Assembly: GCA_021828045.1 (NCBI GenBank)
Contig: JAKATI010000001.1
Coordinates: 6,209 to 70,208, forward strand
Origin: Pseudomonadota bacterium
Lineage (GTDB): Bacteria > Pseudomonadota > Gammaproteobacteria > JAKAQQ01
Length of the DNA: 64,000 nt
Direction of reading: 5' to 3'
Shown: in pieces, positions 18,296-27,700 of the stretch
Numbering within the stretch: the first letter of the stretch is position 1
How the letters are laid out: the number at the start of each line of letters is the position of its first letter
Translations under genes and position numbers: made by a program
Notes under the pieces: generated by a model
Databases searched by the model: none
What the model saw: the letters and a program-made list of their open reading frames with translations, nothing else
Told to the model about the DNA's origin: nothing

Positions 18296-19218
18296 AGGTC
18301 CTCCTTGCCGCCATCCAGATGAGGAGCGGACGGGCGATCGCAGCCAATCTCGAACAGGCGGATCGCCTCCTTGCGGAAGCGCACAAACGGGGGGCCGCTC
18401 TCGCTCTCCTGCCCGAGAATTTCGCCCTCATGGCCACCGACACGGAACGGTGGGAGGCGGCAGAACTGGCCGGACGCGGGCCGGTCCAGGATTACCTCGC
18501 ACGGACGGCCAGACGGCTCGGGCTTGCCTTGATTGCGGGCACGATCCCGATCCGGTCCGGAACCCGGGTCTATGCGGCCAGCCTGGCCTTCGACTCCAAC
18601 GGACGTGTGGTCGGCCGGTATGACAAGATGCACCTCTTCGACATGGATCTGGGTCCCGGCGAACGGTATTGTGAATCCGCGGGAACCCGTCCCGGCAACA
18701 GTCCCCGGGTGGTCCCGCTCGCCGGGATCCCGGTGGGCCTTTCGGTTTGTTACGACGTTCGATTCCCCGAACTGTATCGTTGTCTCGTGACGGAGGGTGC
18801 CTGCCTGCTCACGGTTCCGGCGGCTTTTACCGTCCCCACGGGCCAGGCCCACTGGAAAACCCTGTTGCGTGCGCGGGCCATCGAGAACCAGTGCTACGTG
18901 CTCGCGGCTGCACAGGCCGGCCGTCACGAGGGAGGACGCAGGACCTACGGACACAGTTGCCTGATCGATCCTTGGGGTCGGGTCATGGCGGAACGCCGGA
19001 CCCTGGAGCCGGGCGTGGTTGCCGGTCACTACGATTCGGAGTGCCTGAAGCAGATCCGTGAACGATTGCCGGCCTTGCAACACCGCCGCATCCCTCCCCC
19101 CAAACGGGTCGGGCACGGCACCGCCCGCGGCGGGATTGTCCCGGCCGGTGAGGAGACCCGCGGGCGGACCCGTTCAGGGCCCCGCGAGCTTGCGCAGGCT
19201 TTGGACCGCGATCGATAA
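18292..19218 (+). CDS. Carbon-nitrogen hydrolase family protein (nitrilase superfamily, omega-amidase/YafV-like)
   Basis: It has the Glu-Lys-Cys triad context: LPENF, RYDKMHLF, VCYDVRFPE. About 40 residues of C-terminal extension overlap the convergent gdh 3' end. Confidence 0.85.
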   Translation: MKVLLAAIQMRSGRAIAANLEQADRLLAEAHKRGAALALLPENFALMATDTERWEAAELAGRGPVQDYLARTARRLGLALIAGTIPIRSGTRVYAASLAFDSNGRVVGRYDKMHLFDMDLGPGERYCESAGTRPGNSPRVVPLAGIPVGLSVCYDVRFPELYRCLVTEGACLLTVPAAFTVPTGQAHWKTLLRARAIENQCYVLAAAQAGRHEGGRRTYGHSCLIDPWGRVMAERRTLEPGVVAGHYDSECLKQIRERLPALQHRRIPPPKRVGHGTARGGIVPAGEETRGRTRSGPRELAQALDRDR

Positions 19219-22200
19219 CATCGCGTAATCCTGGGTCGGATGGGTTCGCATGTCCTCTCCCAGTTTCCGGTAATGGCTGAGGTGGTCGGCGACCTTTTCA
19301 GACCAGTGCGAAAAGGCCGTCTCGAACGGCTGCCCGGATTCCGACTCCAGGATTTGCGCGGTGATGCGCTGCTGCTCACGGTTGAGGTCCTCGCGGAGGC
19401 TGATCCGCGCCTCCGCCTGCCAGGAGTCCTGGACCCCGAGCCTTTCGATGGCCTGGTCCAGCCACTCCAGGGACAAGGCCTCGCTCACCCGGAAATGGAA
19501 GGAAAGAATGCGGGAGAGGGGTTGATCGAGCTGGTGGGCCAGTTCGACGAGGTCAAAAACCGGGTACAGGTAAGGCCGGCGGGTCAGCTTTTGTGCGAGA
19601 GATTCCGGGAGTCCCATCCCGACGAACTCGTGAATCTGGTCATCATGGGATTTCCGGAGGAGTTCGGGCAGGCATCCCGGAAGGAGGGTCTCGAATGCTT
19701 CGACCCCCGGCGCAAAGGTGGAAATCAGGCTGCTCACATCCAATGGAGGCCGCCGGTTCAGCAAGAGCCATCGGGTGAGATGGCGCAACAGACGGATATT
19801 GGCCGTGAATGCCGCGAGACTCGTGACCGGCGGAACGGATGCCGGCAGGGCTTCGATCTCCCGGGAGAGCGTTTCCGTTCCCGTGACGGTCTGGCTCACG
19901 ACGAATGCCCGTACGATCTCGGCCGAGGCCGAGCCGGTTTCTTCCTGGAGCCGGGTCGCAAAGGTGGGCCCCATGTGGTTGACGAGGTGGTTCGAGATCT
20001 CGGTGGTAATGATGTTCCGGGCCAGCGGGTGACGGCGCATGAAGGGGGTATAGCGCTTGCGGAGTGCCGGGGGAAAGTACCGTTCGATCTCGAGCGAGAG
20101 CGTGGGATCCTCATGGATATCGGAATCCTGGAGATCGTGGGCAAGGGCAATCTTGCCGTACGCCAGGAGGACCGCCAGCTCAGGACGGGTCAGGCCCCGC
20201 TGGAGGGTGCGGCGCTGGGCCAGGGCCTCGCTCGGGGGGAGTCCCTCCAGGGCGGGGTTCAAAAGCTGTCGCTGTTCCAGCTTGCGGATGAGATAGCGGT
20301 GTTCATCGAGCCGTTGCGGGGCGGTGAACTCGAGGACCGAGAGGGCCTGAGCTTGTGCGTAGTTGTGGTACAGGACATGCGCGGCGATGTCATTTGTCAT
20401 CTCGCGCAGCAACCGTTCACGATGGCGGACAATGGCCCGGCGTTCCTCCGCCGCCACGTTGAGCAGGATCTTGATATTGACCTCGTGATCCGAGGTGTCG
20501 ACCCCGGCCGAGTTGTCGATGAAGTCCGTGTTGATCCGGCCGCCGTTCAGTGCGTACTCGACGCGGCCAAGCTGGGTGAAGCCCAGGTTGCCGCCTTCGG
20601 CCACGACGCGGGCCCGGATTTCACGACCATTGAGACGTACGGCGTCGTTGCTCCGATCGCCCACATCCGCCTGGGTTTCCGACTGGGCCTTGACATAAGT
20701 GCCGATGCCCCCGTTCCAGAGCAGATCCACGGGGGCGGCCAGTATGGCCCGGATCAGTTCGTTCGGCGTCAGGGAGGTCGCTTGCACTCCCAATGCGGCT
20801 CTCGTCTCGGGGCTCAAGCGGATGGATTTTGCGCTCCGCGGGTAGATCCCGCCACCGGGTGACAGGAGGTCGCTCCGGTAATCGGCCCAGCTCGAGCGGG
20901 GCATGTGAAACACGCGCTGGCGTTCCTCGAAACTGGTGGTCGGGTCGGGGTTCGGGTCGATAAAGATATGCTGGTGGTTGAAGGCCCCAATCAGTTTGAG
21001 GTGCCGGGACAGCAGCATGCCGTTTCCGAAGACATCCCCGGACAGGTCGCCGATACCGACGACGGTGACGGGGTCCCGGTCCGGGTCGACACCGAGCTCC
21101 CGGAAGTGGCGGCGGACCGATTCCCATACGCCGCGGGCAGTGATCCCCATCTTCTTGTGGTCGTAGCCGACCGATCCACCGGAGGCGAAAGCGTCACCCA
21201 GCCAGAAGTGGAAATCCTGGGCGATGGAGTTGGCCAGGTCGGAGAAGGTGGCAGTCCCCTTGTCGGCAGCCACGACCAGGTAGGGATCATCCTCGTCGTA
21301 GCGAACCACCCGTTTGGGCGGCACGATCTGCCCGGCGACGATGTTGTCGGTCAAGGTCAGGAGTCCCTGGATGAAGGTCCGGTAGCAGCGCTGGGCCTCC
21401 TCGAGGAGTCGATCGCGGTTGCCATCTTTGGGCGGTTGTTTGACATAAAACCCCCCCTTGGCCCCGACTGGGACGATGACCGTGTTTTTGACCATCTGGG
21501 CCTTCATCAGGCCCAGCACCTCGGTACGGAAATCCTCGCTCCGGTCCGACCAGCGGATGCCACCCCGCGCAATGCGGCCTCCCCGCAGGTGGATGCCTTC
21601 CACCTGTGGAGCGTAGACGAAAATCTCGTACAGCGGGCGCGGCAACGGCAGGTCCGGAACCCGGCTGGACTCGAGCTTGTAACTGAGGAAGCGGTACCCT
21701 GCCGAGTCCCTGAGTGGCCGCTGGAAGAAACTGGTCCGGACCATGGCTCCCAGTACGCCGAGATAGGCCCGCAAAATCCGGTCGTCATCGCTTGACTCCA
21801 CGCTTTCGAGTTCCGCCTGGAGAGATTCGAGACAGGTGGCTGCTTCCGGCTCGCGGTTGGCCGGATCCTGGAAGGGATCGAAGCGGGCGTGAAACCAGCG
21901 GACGAGGAGCCGGGTGATGGCGGGATGGTGGGTGAGTGCCCGGGCCATGTTGGCGGGCGTGAAGGGGATGCCCGTCTGGATGAGATACTTCGAGATGCTC
22001 CGGAGGAGCATGATTTCGCGCCACGACAGTTCGGCGTCGATGGCCAGGCGGTTGAAACTGTCGTTCGCCGCAAGTCCGTTCCAGATGGCCAGGAAGAGTT
22101 CTTCGAGTGCTTCGCGTCGCTCCAAGGCCCGGTCGGTCGGTCCGGACAGCTCGAGCTCGAAATCGTGGATCCAGATTCGGCCGATACCAGGAGCAGGAAC

Positions 22201-24003
22201 CTCATAGGGCCGTTCCGAAACAACCCGGAACCCGGTGCTTTCCAGGATGGGCAGCGTGTCGGAAATGGCCAGGGACTGATCCAGGCGGAAAATCTTGAGT
22301 CGGAGCGAGTGGGGGCTCGCATGCTTGGGGCGGTAGAGGGAAAGCCTAAGGGCCTGGGTCGGTTTGAGCTGTTCGATTTCGAGGATGTCGTAGACGGCGG
22401 CCCGGGGTTTGACATCGTCACGGTAGACCTCGGGAAAACTGTCCCGGTAGCGGTCAAACAGGGGAAGGCCCCGTTCTTCCCCCAGTCGGTCGGACAGTGC
22501 AATCCTCAGTTTCTCGTTCCAGCTCAGGCTGGCTTCCTGGATTTCCTGCTCGAGACTGGCGAGCCGCTTGGGGGAGAGCCGTCCCGTTTCGGTGTGTACG
22601 GTTGCATGCAGCCGGGCCAGGACCGAATCGGAGATCCAGAGTTCGGATTCGATCGAGTGACCCTGGAGTCCTTCCTTCAGGATCTTTTCAATGCGTTCAC
22701 GGGCCCGTGCGGTGTAATTTTCCCGGGGCAGGTAGATGAGGCAGCTGAGATAGCGCCCGAACACGTCCGGCCGGAGAAACAGGCGGGTCAGGTGACGTTC
22801 CTGCAGTCGGAGGACCCCGAGGCTGAGCTCGACCAGTTGATCGATGGAGGCTTCCAGAAGCTCACTGAGCGGCAGGGTGTCGAAGATAATCCGAAGGTGG
22901 CGACCCGCGTGGGATTCGGAAGCGAGCCCCGATTGCCGGAGAACCGCCTCGCGCTTGAGACGGACCACGGGGATTTCCTGGGGAGGACATTTGAAGACCA
23001 GGGGGCTGAACAGTCCGAGAATCCGGTCTTCCCCGACGACCCGGCCCTTGGCATCGAAACGCCGTAGGCCGATGTAGTCGAGGGGTCCCGACCGATGGAC
23101 GGTCGAGTGGGCATTCGTTTTCGTGATGATGAGCAATTCCTGGGCCAGGGCCTTTTCGTTCACGCGCAGGGGCAGGGTTTTCGGTTCCGGCGCGCGATCC
23201 GCATCGGTGCGCAGGATGCCGAGCCCGGACTCCCGTTCCGGCTCCAGTCGGAGCTGGTCGCCCTCCTGATGCAACGCGTAGCGCCGGTAACCCAGGAAGG
23301 TGAACCAGTCCTGTGTCATCCACTCGAGGAAGTCACGGGCTTCCTCGACTTCCCGTTCTGGCAGGAAGGCCTTCCAGCGGGTGATTTCCTCCCGCAGCAA
23401 GCCCACCCGGTCGTGGAGCGCAGTACAGTCCTGGTGGACCCGGAGAACGTCCAGGAGATTTCCACGGATGCGTTTTTCGAGCCGGGCCAGGCGTTCTTCG
23501 CCCTGGATGCGGTCGAAGGCCACGAGAATCCAGGATTCCCGTGATCCCGACGATTCTCCCCCGAGTCCGGAGACCCGATCGATCCGGTTTTCCACATTGC
23601 GCTCGGTCATAAAAACCGGATGGACGGTGAGATGGACGCCCAGCCCTTCCTGCCGGCCAGCCAGCGTCATGGAATCCACGAGAAAAGGCATGTCGTCATT
23701 GACGGTGAGGGCCACCGAATAGGCTTGGGTCGCATGACGCCGGACCGGCAGGTTTACGAGACGAAGCAGGGTCTCTCCAGGAGCACGGGTGGCCCCCAGC
23801 TCCCAATGCTCCGTGAAAAGGCTGATCCAGTCCTCGAGACTGAAAAGATCCAGATCATCGGGCGTGACCGACTGGAAATACTGTTCGAGCACGCTCCGGA
23901 GGTTTTTCGGGATGGTGGAGTTCGTCGTTGATTTTTTTTCGAGGGCGTTGTCGAGACGGTTCAGGAAAGAGGAAGGGGCGGAAAGAAGGGAGTGATTGCG
24001 CAT
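19174..24003 (-). CDS. gdhB: NAD-specific glutamate dehydrogenase, large (about 1600 aa) GdhB type
   Basis: It is 1609 aa from the MRNHSLLSAP start, with the typical bacterial large-GDH architecture. The ORF-track start at 24195 is a 64-codon upstream extension. Confidence 0.9.
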   Translation of the reverse strand: MRNHSLLSAPSSFLNRLDNALEKKSTTNSTIPKNLRSVLEQYFQSVTPDDLDLFSLEDWISLFTEHWELGATRAPGETLLRLVNLPVRRHATQAYSVALTVNDDMPFLVDSMTLAGRQEGLGVHLTVHPVFMTERNVENRIDRVSGLGGESSGSRESWILVAFDRIQGEERLARLEKRIRGNLLDVLRVHQDCTALHDRVGLLREEITRWKAFLPEREVEEARDFLEWMTQDWFTFLGYRRYALHQEGDQLRLEPERESGLGILRTDADRAPEPKTLPLRVNEKALAQELLIITKTNAHSTVHRSGPLDYIGLRRFDAKGRVVGEDRILGLFSPLVFKCPPQEIPVVRLKREAVLRQSGLASESHAGRHLRIIFDTLPLSELLEASIDQLVELSLGVLRLQERHLTRLFLRPDVFGRYLSCLIYLPRENYTARARERIEKILKEGLQGHSIESELWISDSVLARLHATVHTETGRLSPKRLASLEQEIQEASLSWNEKLRIALSDRLGEERGLPLFDRYRDSFPEVYRDDVKPRAAVYDILEIEQLKPTQALRLSLYRPKHASPHSLRLKIFRLDQSLAISDTLPILESTGFRVVSERPYEVPAPGIGRIWIHDFELELSGPTDRALERREALEELFLAIWNGLAANDSFNRLAIDAELSWREIMLLRSISKYLIQTGIPFTPANMARALTHHPAITRLLVRWFHARFDPFQDPANREPEAATCLESLQAELESVESSDDDRILRAYLGVLGAMVRTSFFQRPLRDSAGYRFLSYKLESSRVPDLPLPRPLYEIFVYAPQVEGIHLRGGRIARGGIRWSDRSEDFRTEVLGLMKAQMVKNTVIVPVGAKGGFYVKQPPKDGNRDRLLEEAQRCYRTFIQGLLTLTDNIVAGQIVPPKRVVRYDEDDPYLVVAADKGTATFSDLANSIAQDFHFWLGDAFASGGSVGYDHKKMGITARGVWESVRRHFRELGVDPDRDPVTVVGIGDLSGDVFGNGMLLSRHLKLIGAFNHQHIFIDPNPDPTTSFEERQRVFHMPRSSWADYRSDLLSPGGGIYPRSAKSIRLSPETRAALGVQATSLTPNELIRAILAAPVDLLWNGGIGTYVKAQSETQADVGDRSNDAVRLNGREIRARVVAEGGNLGFTQLGRVEYALNGGRINTDFIDNSAGVDTSDHEVNIKILLNVAAEERRAIVRHRERLLREMTNDIAAHVLYHNYAQAQALSVLEFTAPQRLDEHRYLIRKLEQRQLLNPALEGLPPSEALAQRRTLQRGLTRPELAVLLAYGKIALAHDLQDSDIHEDPTLSLEIERYFPPALRKRYTPFMRRHPLARNIITTEISNHLVNHMGPTFATRLQEETGSASAEIVRAFVVSQTVTGTETLSREIEALPASVPPVTSLAAFTANIRLLRHLTRWLLLNRRPPLDVSSLISTFAPGVEAFETLLPGCLPELLRKSHDDQIHEFVGMGLPESLAQKLTRRPYLYPVFDLVELAHQLDQPLSRILSFHFRVSEALSLEWLDQAIERLGVQDSWQAEARISLREDLNREQQRITAQILESESGQPFETAFSHWSEKVADHLSHYRKLGEDMRTHPTQDYAMLSIAVQSLRKLAGP

Positions 24004-24193
24004 AAGATCAACGCACAGGGCCCGGGGTGGACCGATCCCGTTCAATTTTAGCGGTTTTGGCTGCGTTGTGCTGGCCAGTGAGGGACTCCCCGTTCTTCCG
24101 CTTGGAGAATAGCCATCCCAATGCCCGAATTCACAATTGGTTGAAGTCTCCTGCCGGTTTAGGATCGGCTGTCTTTCATGTGGAACACCGGTC

Positions 24194-24751
24194 ATGACCG
24201 TTGCCCAGCATCCATCCCTGATCGGACTCGCCGAGGGTTTCCAGATGGTGCTTGACTTTGAATCGAGCGAAGGGGGAGCCCGGGAGGAGCGGGAACGTTT
24301 GCATCGGCAGAGCGGGGAGGAGGCCCTTCTCGTGGCAGCCCTGGACGTTCTCGAACGCCGCTTCCGCCGGAGCGGGTCCGCAGTGGATTCACCCCGGCAG
24401 GGGGCCGAATATTTCCGGATGAAACTCGCCAGTCTGGGTCGCGAGGTTTTTGCGGTTGCCTATCTGGACCATCATTACCGGGTGCTCGCGACTGAGGTTC
24501 TTTTTGCCGGGACCCTCAACCAGTGCGTGGTCCACCCGCGGGAGGTCATCAAGCAGGGATTGGGATACAACGCGGCGGCCCTGCTCTGTGCCCACAACCA
24601 TCCTTCCGGACTGGCCGAACCTTCCGAGGCGGATCGTCAGCTGACCCAGAAACTCAAGGAGGCCCTTGCCTTGGTCGACATCCGTTTGCTCGACCACTTT
24701 GTGATCGGCGGAACGCGATGGGTCAGCTTTGCAGACCAGGGCTGGCTTTAG
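24194..24751 (+). CDS. RadC-like JAB/MPN domain protein (UPF0758), lacking the N-terminal HhH domain
   Basis: It has a JAMM motif HNHPSG plus upstream E (EVLFAG...) and ends with the conserved DHFVIGG. It is about 185 aa. Confidence 0.8.
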   Translation: MTVAQHPSLIGLAEGFQMVLDFESSEGGAREERERLHRQSGEEALLVAALDVLERRFRRSGSAVDSPRQGAEYFRMKLASLGREVFAVAYLDHHYRVLATEVLFAGTLNQCVVHPREVIKQGLGYNAAALLCAHNHPSGLAEPSEADRQLTQKLKEALALVDIRLLDHFVIGGTRWVSFADQGWL

Positions 24752-27700
24752 GGGAGGATCGGGAACGGCCCCGGCGGTGGGGGGCAGCCGGAGGAAAAGG
24801 GAGGTGCAGGAACGCTTCCAGTTCCGCCTCGTATTCCCGCATGCGTTCCAGGAGCCGTTCCCCGAGCGACCGGACCGGTTGGCCCCCCACCGAGGCGGCA
24901 ATCAGTTGGTCCAGCTGAGCATGGAGGGCTTCATGGCAGGAGCGGAGCTTCCGCTGCGCCGACCGAAGCGGGCCGGCCGGCCAAGGGACCAGACTGCAAG
25001 TCGAACCGGAAAGGGCAGCCAGCAGTGCACGGCTGGACTCCTCCGGGGCCTCCAGGACCTCGGTGACCCGTCCCCGCAGCCAGCGATGGTAGGGACCATT
25101 CAGCCAGATGGGCAGGCGACGCAGGTCCAGAGTCTGGGCCAGGGATTGGGCCAGGGGGGTGGGCAGGGTCCAGTGCCGGCTCCACTTGATGAGTGCCGGG
25201 CTGGCGAGTGCGGCGGATGCGAAAAATCCCTGGGCCAGTCGCCCCCCCAAGGCATAAAACAGTTCGGCGAGATCCTCTCGTTCGACGCCGACAGCGGTGA
25301 CCTCGAAGTGCCCGATCTCTCCACTCCGCAGGGCTCCCGCGACCAAGCTCAGCGCCCGGGGTTCCTCGTGGAGATGGAGAACCAGCGAGCGGTCAATCTT
25401 GATCCCCTGTGTGCGGACCAGTTCCAGTTTTTCCAGGGCAACGGGCCAGACGCCAAAATTGTCGAAGAGGATCCGGATGCCGCGATGCCGCAGCTCCTCG
25501 ATCAGGGGGGGGAGCCGGTTCCAATCGGGTAGCAGGGGGCTTGGCTTGAGTTCCAGGACGAGACGGTCGGTATGCGACCCATGGCGGGTACCCCAGTCCT
25601 TGAGATCCTTTTCAAAGTGCGGGGAAAAGAGGTAGCGCAGGTCGATGTTCAGGCTGACCGGAAAGGAAAGACCGGCCCGGTCCAGGGTTTCGAGTTCGAA
25701 CCCGACCGTCTCGAGAAGGTAACGTCCCGCTTTCGGTATGAGATCCGGATCTTCCTCGATGGTGCCCAGCCAATCGGCTTTTTCCTCCGACGTCGCACCG
25801 AATCCGGGCCACCGGGCACAGGCTTCCGCACCGACGATTCGGCCATCGCGGAGATCGATCACGGGCTGCAGGTAGAGCCGGATGTCGCCGTGGGCAAGAG
25901 CCCGTTGGAACTGTCGCCGGGTCTCCATCTGCTGTTCCAGCCGTCTTTCGAAGTCTTCTTCATACAAGGCCCAGGCATTTCGGCCACGGGATTTGGCCCG
26001 GTAGAGGGCGAGATCGGCATGCCGCATCAGCGTCCGGGGGGGCTGGTGGTCCCGGGGGTAGATGGTGAGCCCGAGGCTCACGGTGGTGTGAAGCCACTGT
26101 TCCTGGTAGGCGATGGGTGCCGCCAGATTCGAACGGAGCCGTTCGAGGATGCTCGTCATGGCGACTTCCGTTTCCATTCCGGCCAGGATCAAGCCGAACT
26201 CGTCACCGGCCAGACGTGCCACGGTACTCTGGTCGTTCAGGAGAGCCTCCATGCGGTGGGCCTGGGTGGCCAGCAGGAGGTCACCGGCATCATGTCCGAA
26301 CCGGTCATTGATCTCCTTGAAGCGGTCAATGTCGAGAATGGCAATCCCGACCAGGGACCGGTTCCGTTCGGCCTGTTTGAGCGCACTATCGAGCCGGTCA
26401 AAAAAGAGGTTCCGGTTGGGCAGTCCCGTCAGGGTGTCCATGAGGGCCATCTGCTTGAGTTCGGTTTCGCGGTCATACTCCGTAAGGGCGAGCGTGATGG
26501 CGTCCGTGAACTGCGTGCACAGCCCGACGAGTGCGTCGGATTCAAAAAAGCCATCCTCGTCCGAGAGCAGCACGAGCGCAGCAAAGGCCTGTCCCCGGAA
26601 CAGGATGGGGAACACCCCGATTTCGCGAATCCCTGCCGTATGGAACGCTTCCTCAATGTCGGATCCCAGGAGGGGAGGGTGGGAGAGACGGGCCAGGATC
26701 GGGGTCCGGCTGGCTGTGGCCTCACTGACCAATTGTTGACAGAAGGTCCGGAGGGGTTCCGCGAGGTCACCCGCCGAAGCTTCCGGTAACGACCGATGGG
26801 GTTCCACCGCCTCCGCCGTCGCGTCGGTCAATCGGGAGGCCAGCAGGATGCAGTTGCCAACGGCGCCACCGACGCGGTCGAGGATCTGGCGGACCTCCTG
26901 GTACAGGAGGGTTGGGTCCGGATGCCGGGCGACGAGACGGTGCAGTTCGGAGAGCGCCCTGAAAAGCTTCTCGAAATAGTTGCGTTGATTTTTTTCGTAG
27001 CTGTGGTTGAGGGCCGTTCCCACCATGTCGGCAACCCGTCCGAGCAGTCCGACCAGTTCGTCATCGAAGAAGTTTGGAGTGAGTGCCCCCACGCCGAGCA
27101 CACCGTGGCACACTCCATTGACGAGCAGGGGAAATCCCGCGATCGAGGAGACCGAACGTCGCTCGGCCTCCGACAGCCAGATCGTCCGCTCTTCATCGAG
27201 GTTGTTCACGATGACGGGCTGGCAAGCCTGGAAAACGGCACCCGTGATGCCGCGACCCTCGGGATAGGCGGGGTCGATTGTGACCGGAACGTTCCGGATC
27301 AGGTCACTGGCAGGGCCTGCGAAGGCCTCGAGATGGACCCTCTGGGTCCGGTGGTCAATGAGGGTGACGTAGACGATCGGCAAGTGTGTGGTGTTGCTGG
27401 TCAGTTCGCAGGTTTTTTCCAGGAGTATGGAAAGGGGCGGGTCCGTGGCCAGATAACTCCCGAGCTCTCCCAGTGCGGAGTAGAAGCGCTCCACCCGGAA
27501 CAGCTTTTGCCGATGAAAACCCTCTTCGATGGAGAGACTCAATCCGTGGGCGATGTGCTCCAGGTGGGAGACCAGGGAAGGGTCGAAATAGCCGGGTTCG
27601 AGGGCGAGCAGGATGAGCGTTCCCCACGGCACATCTCCGGCTTGCCCCCGGAAGAGCGGGAAGCCGGCAGCGGACCTCAGGGCATGGATCTGGAGCCGCT

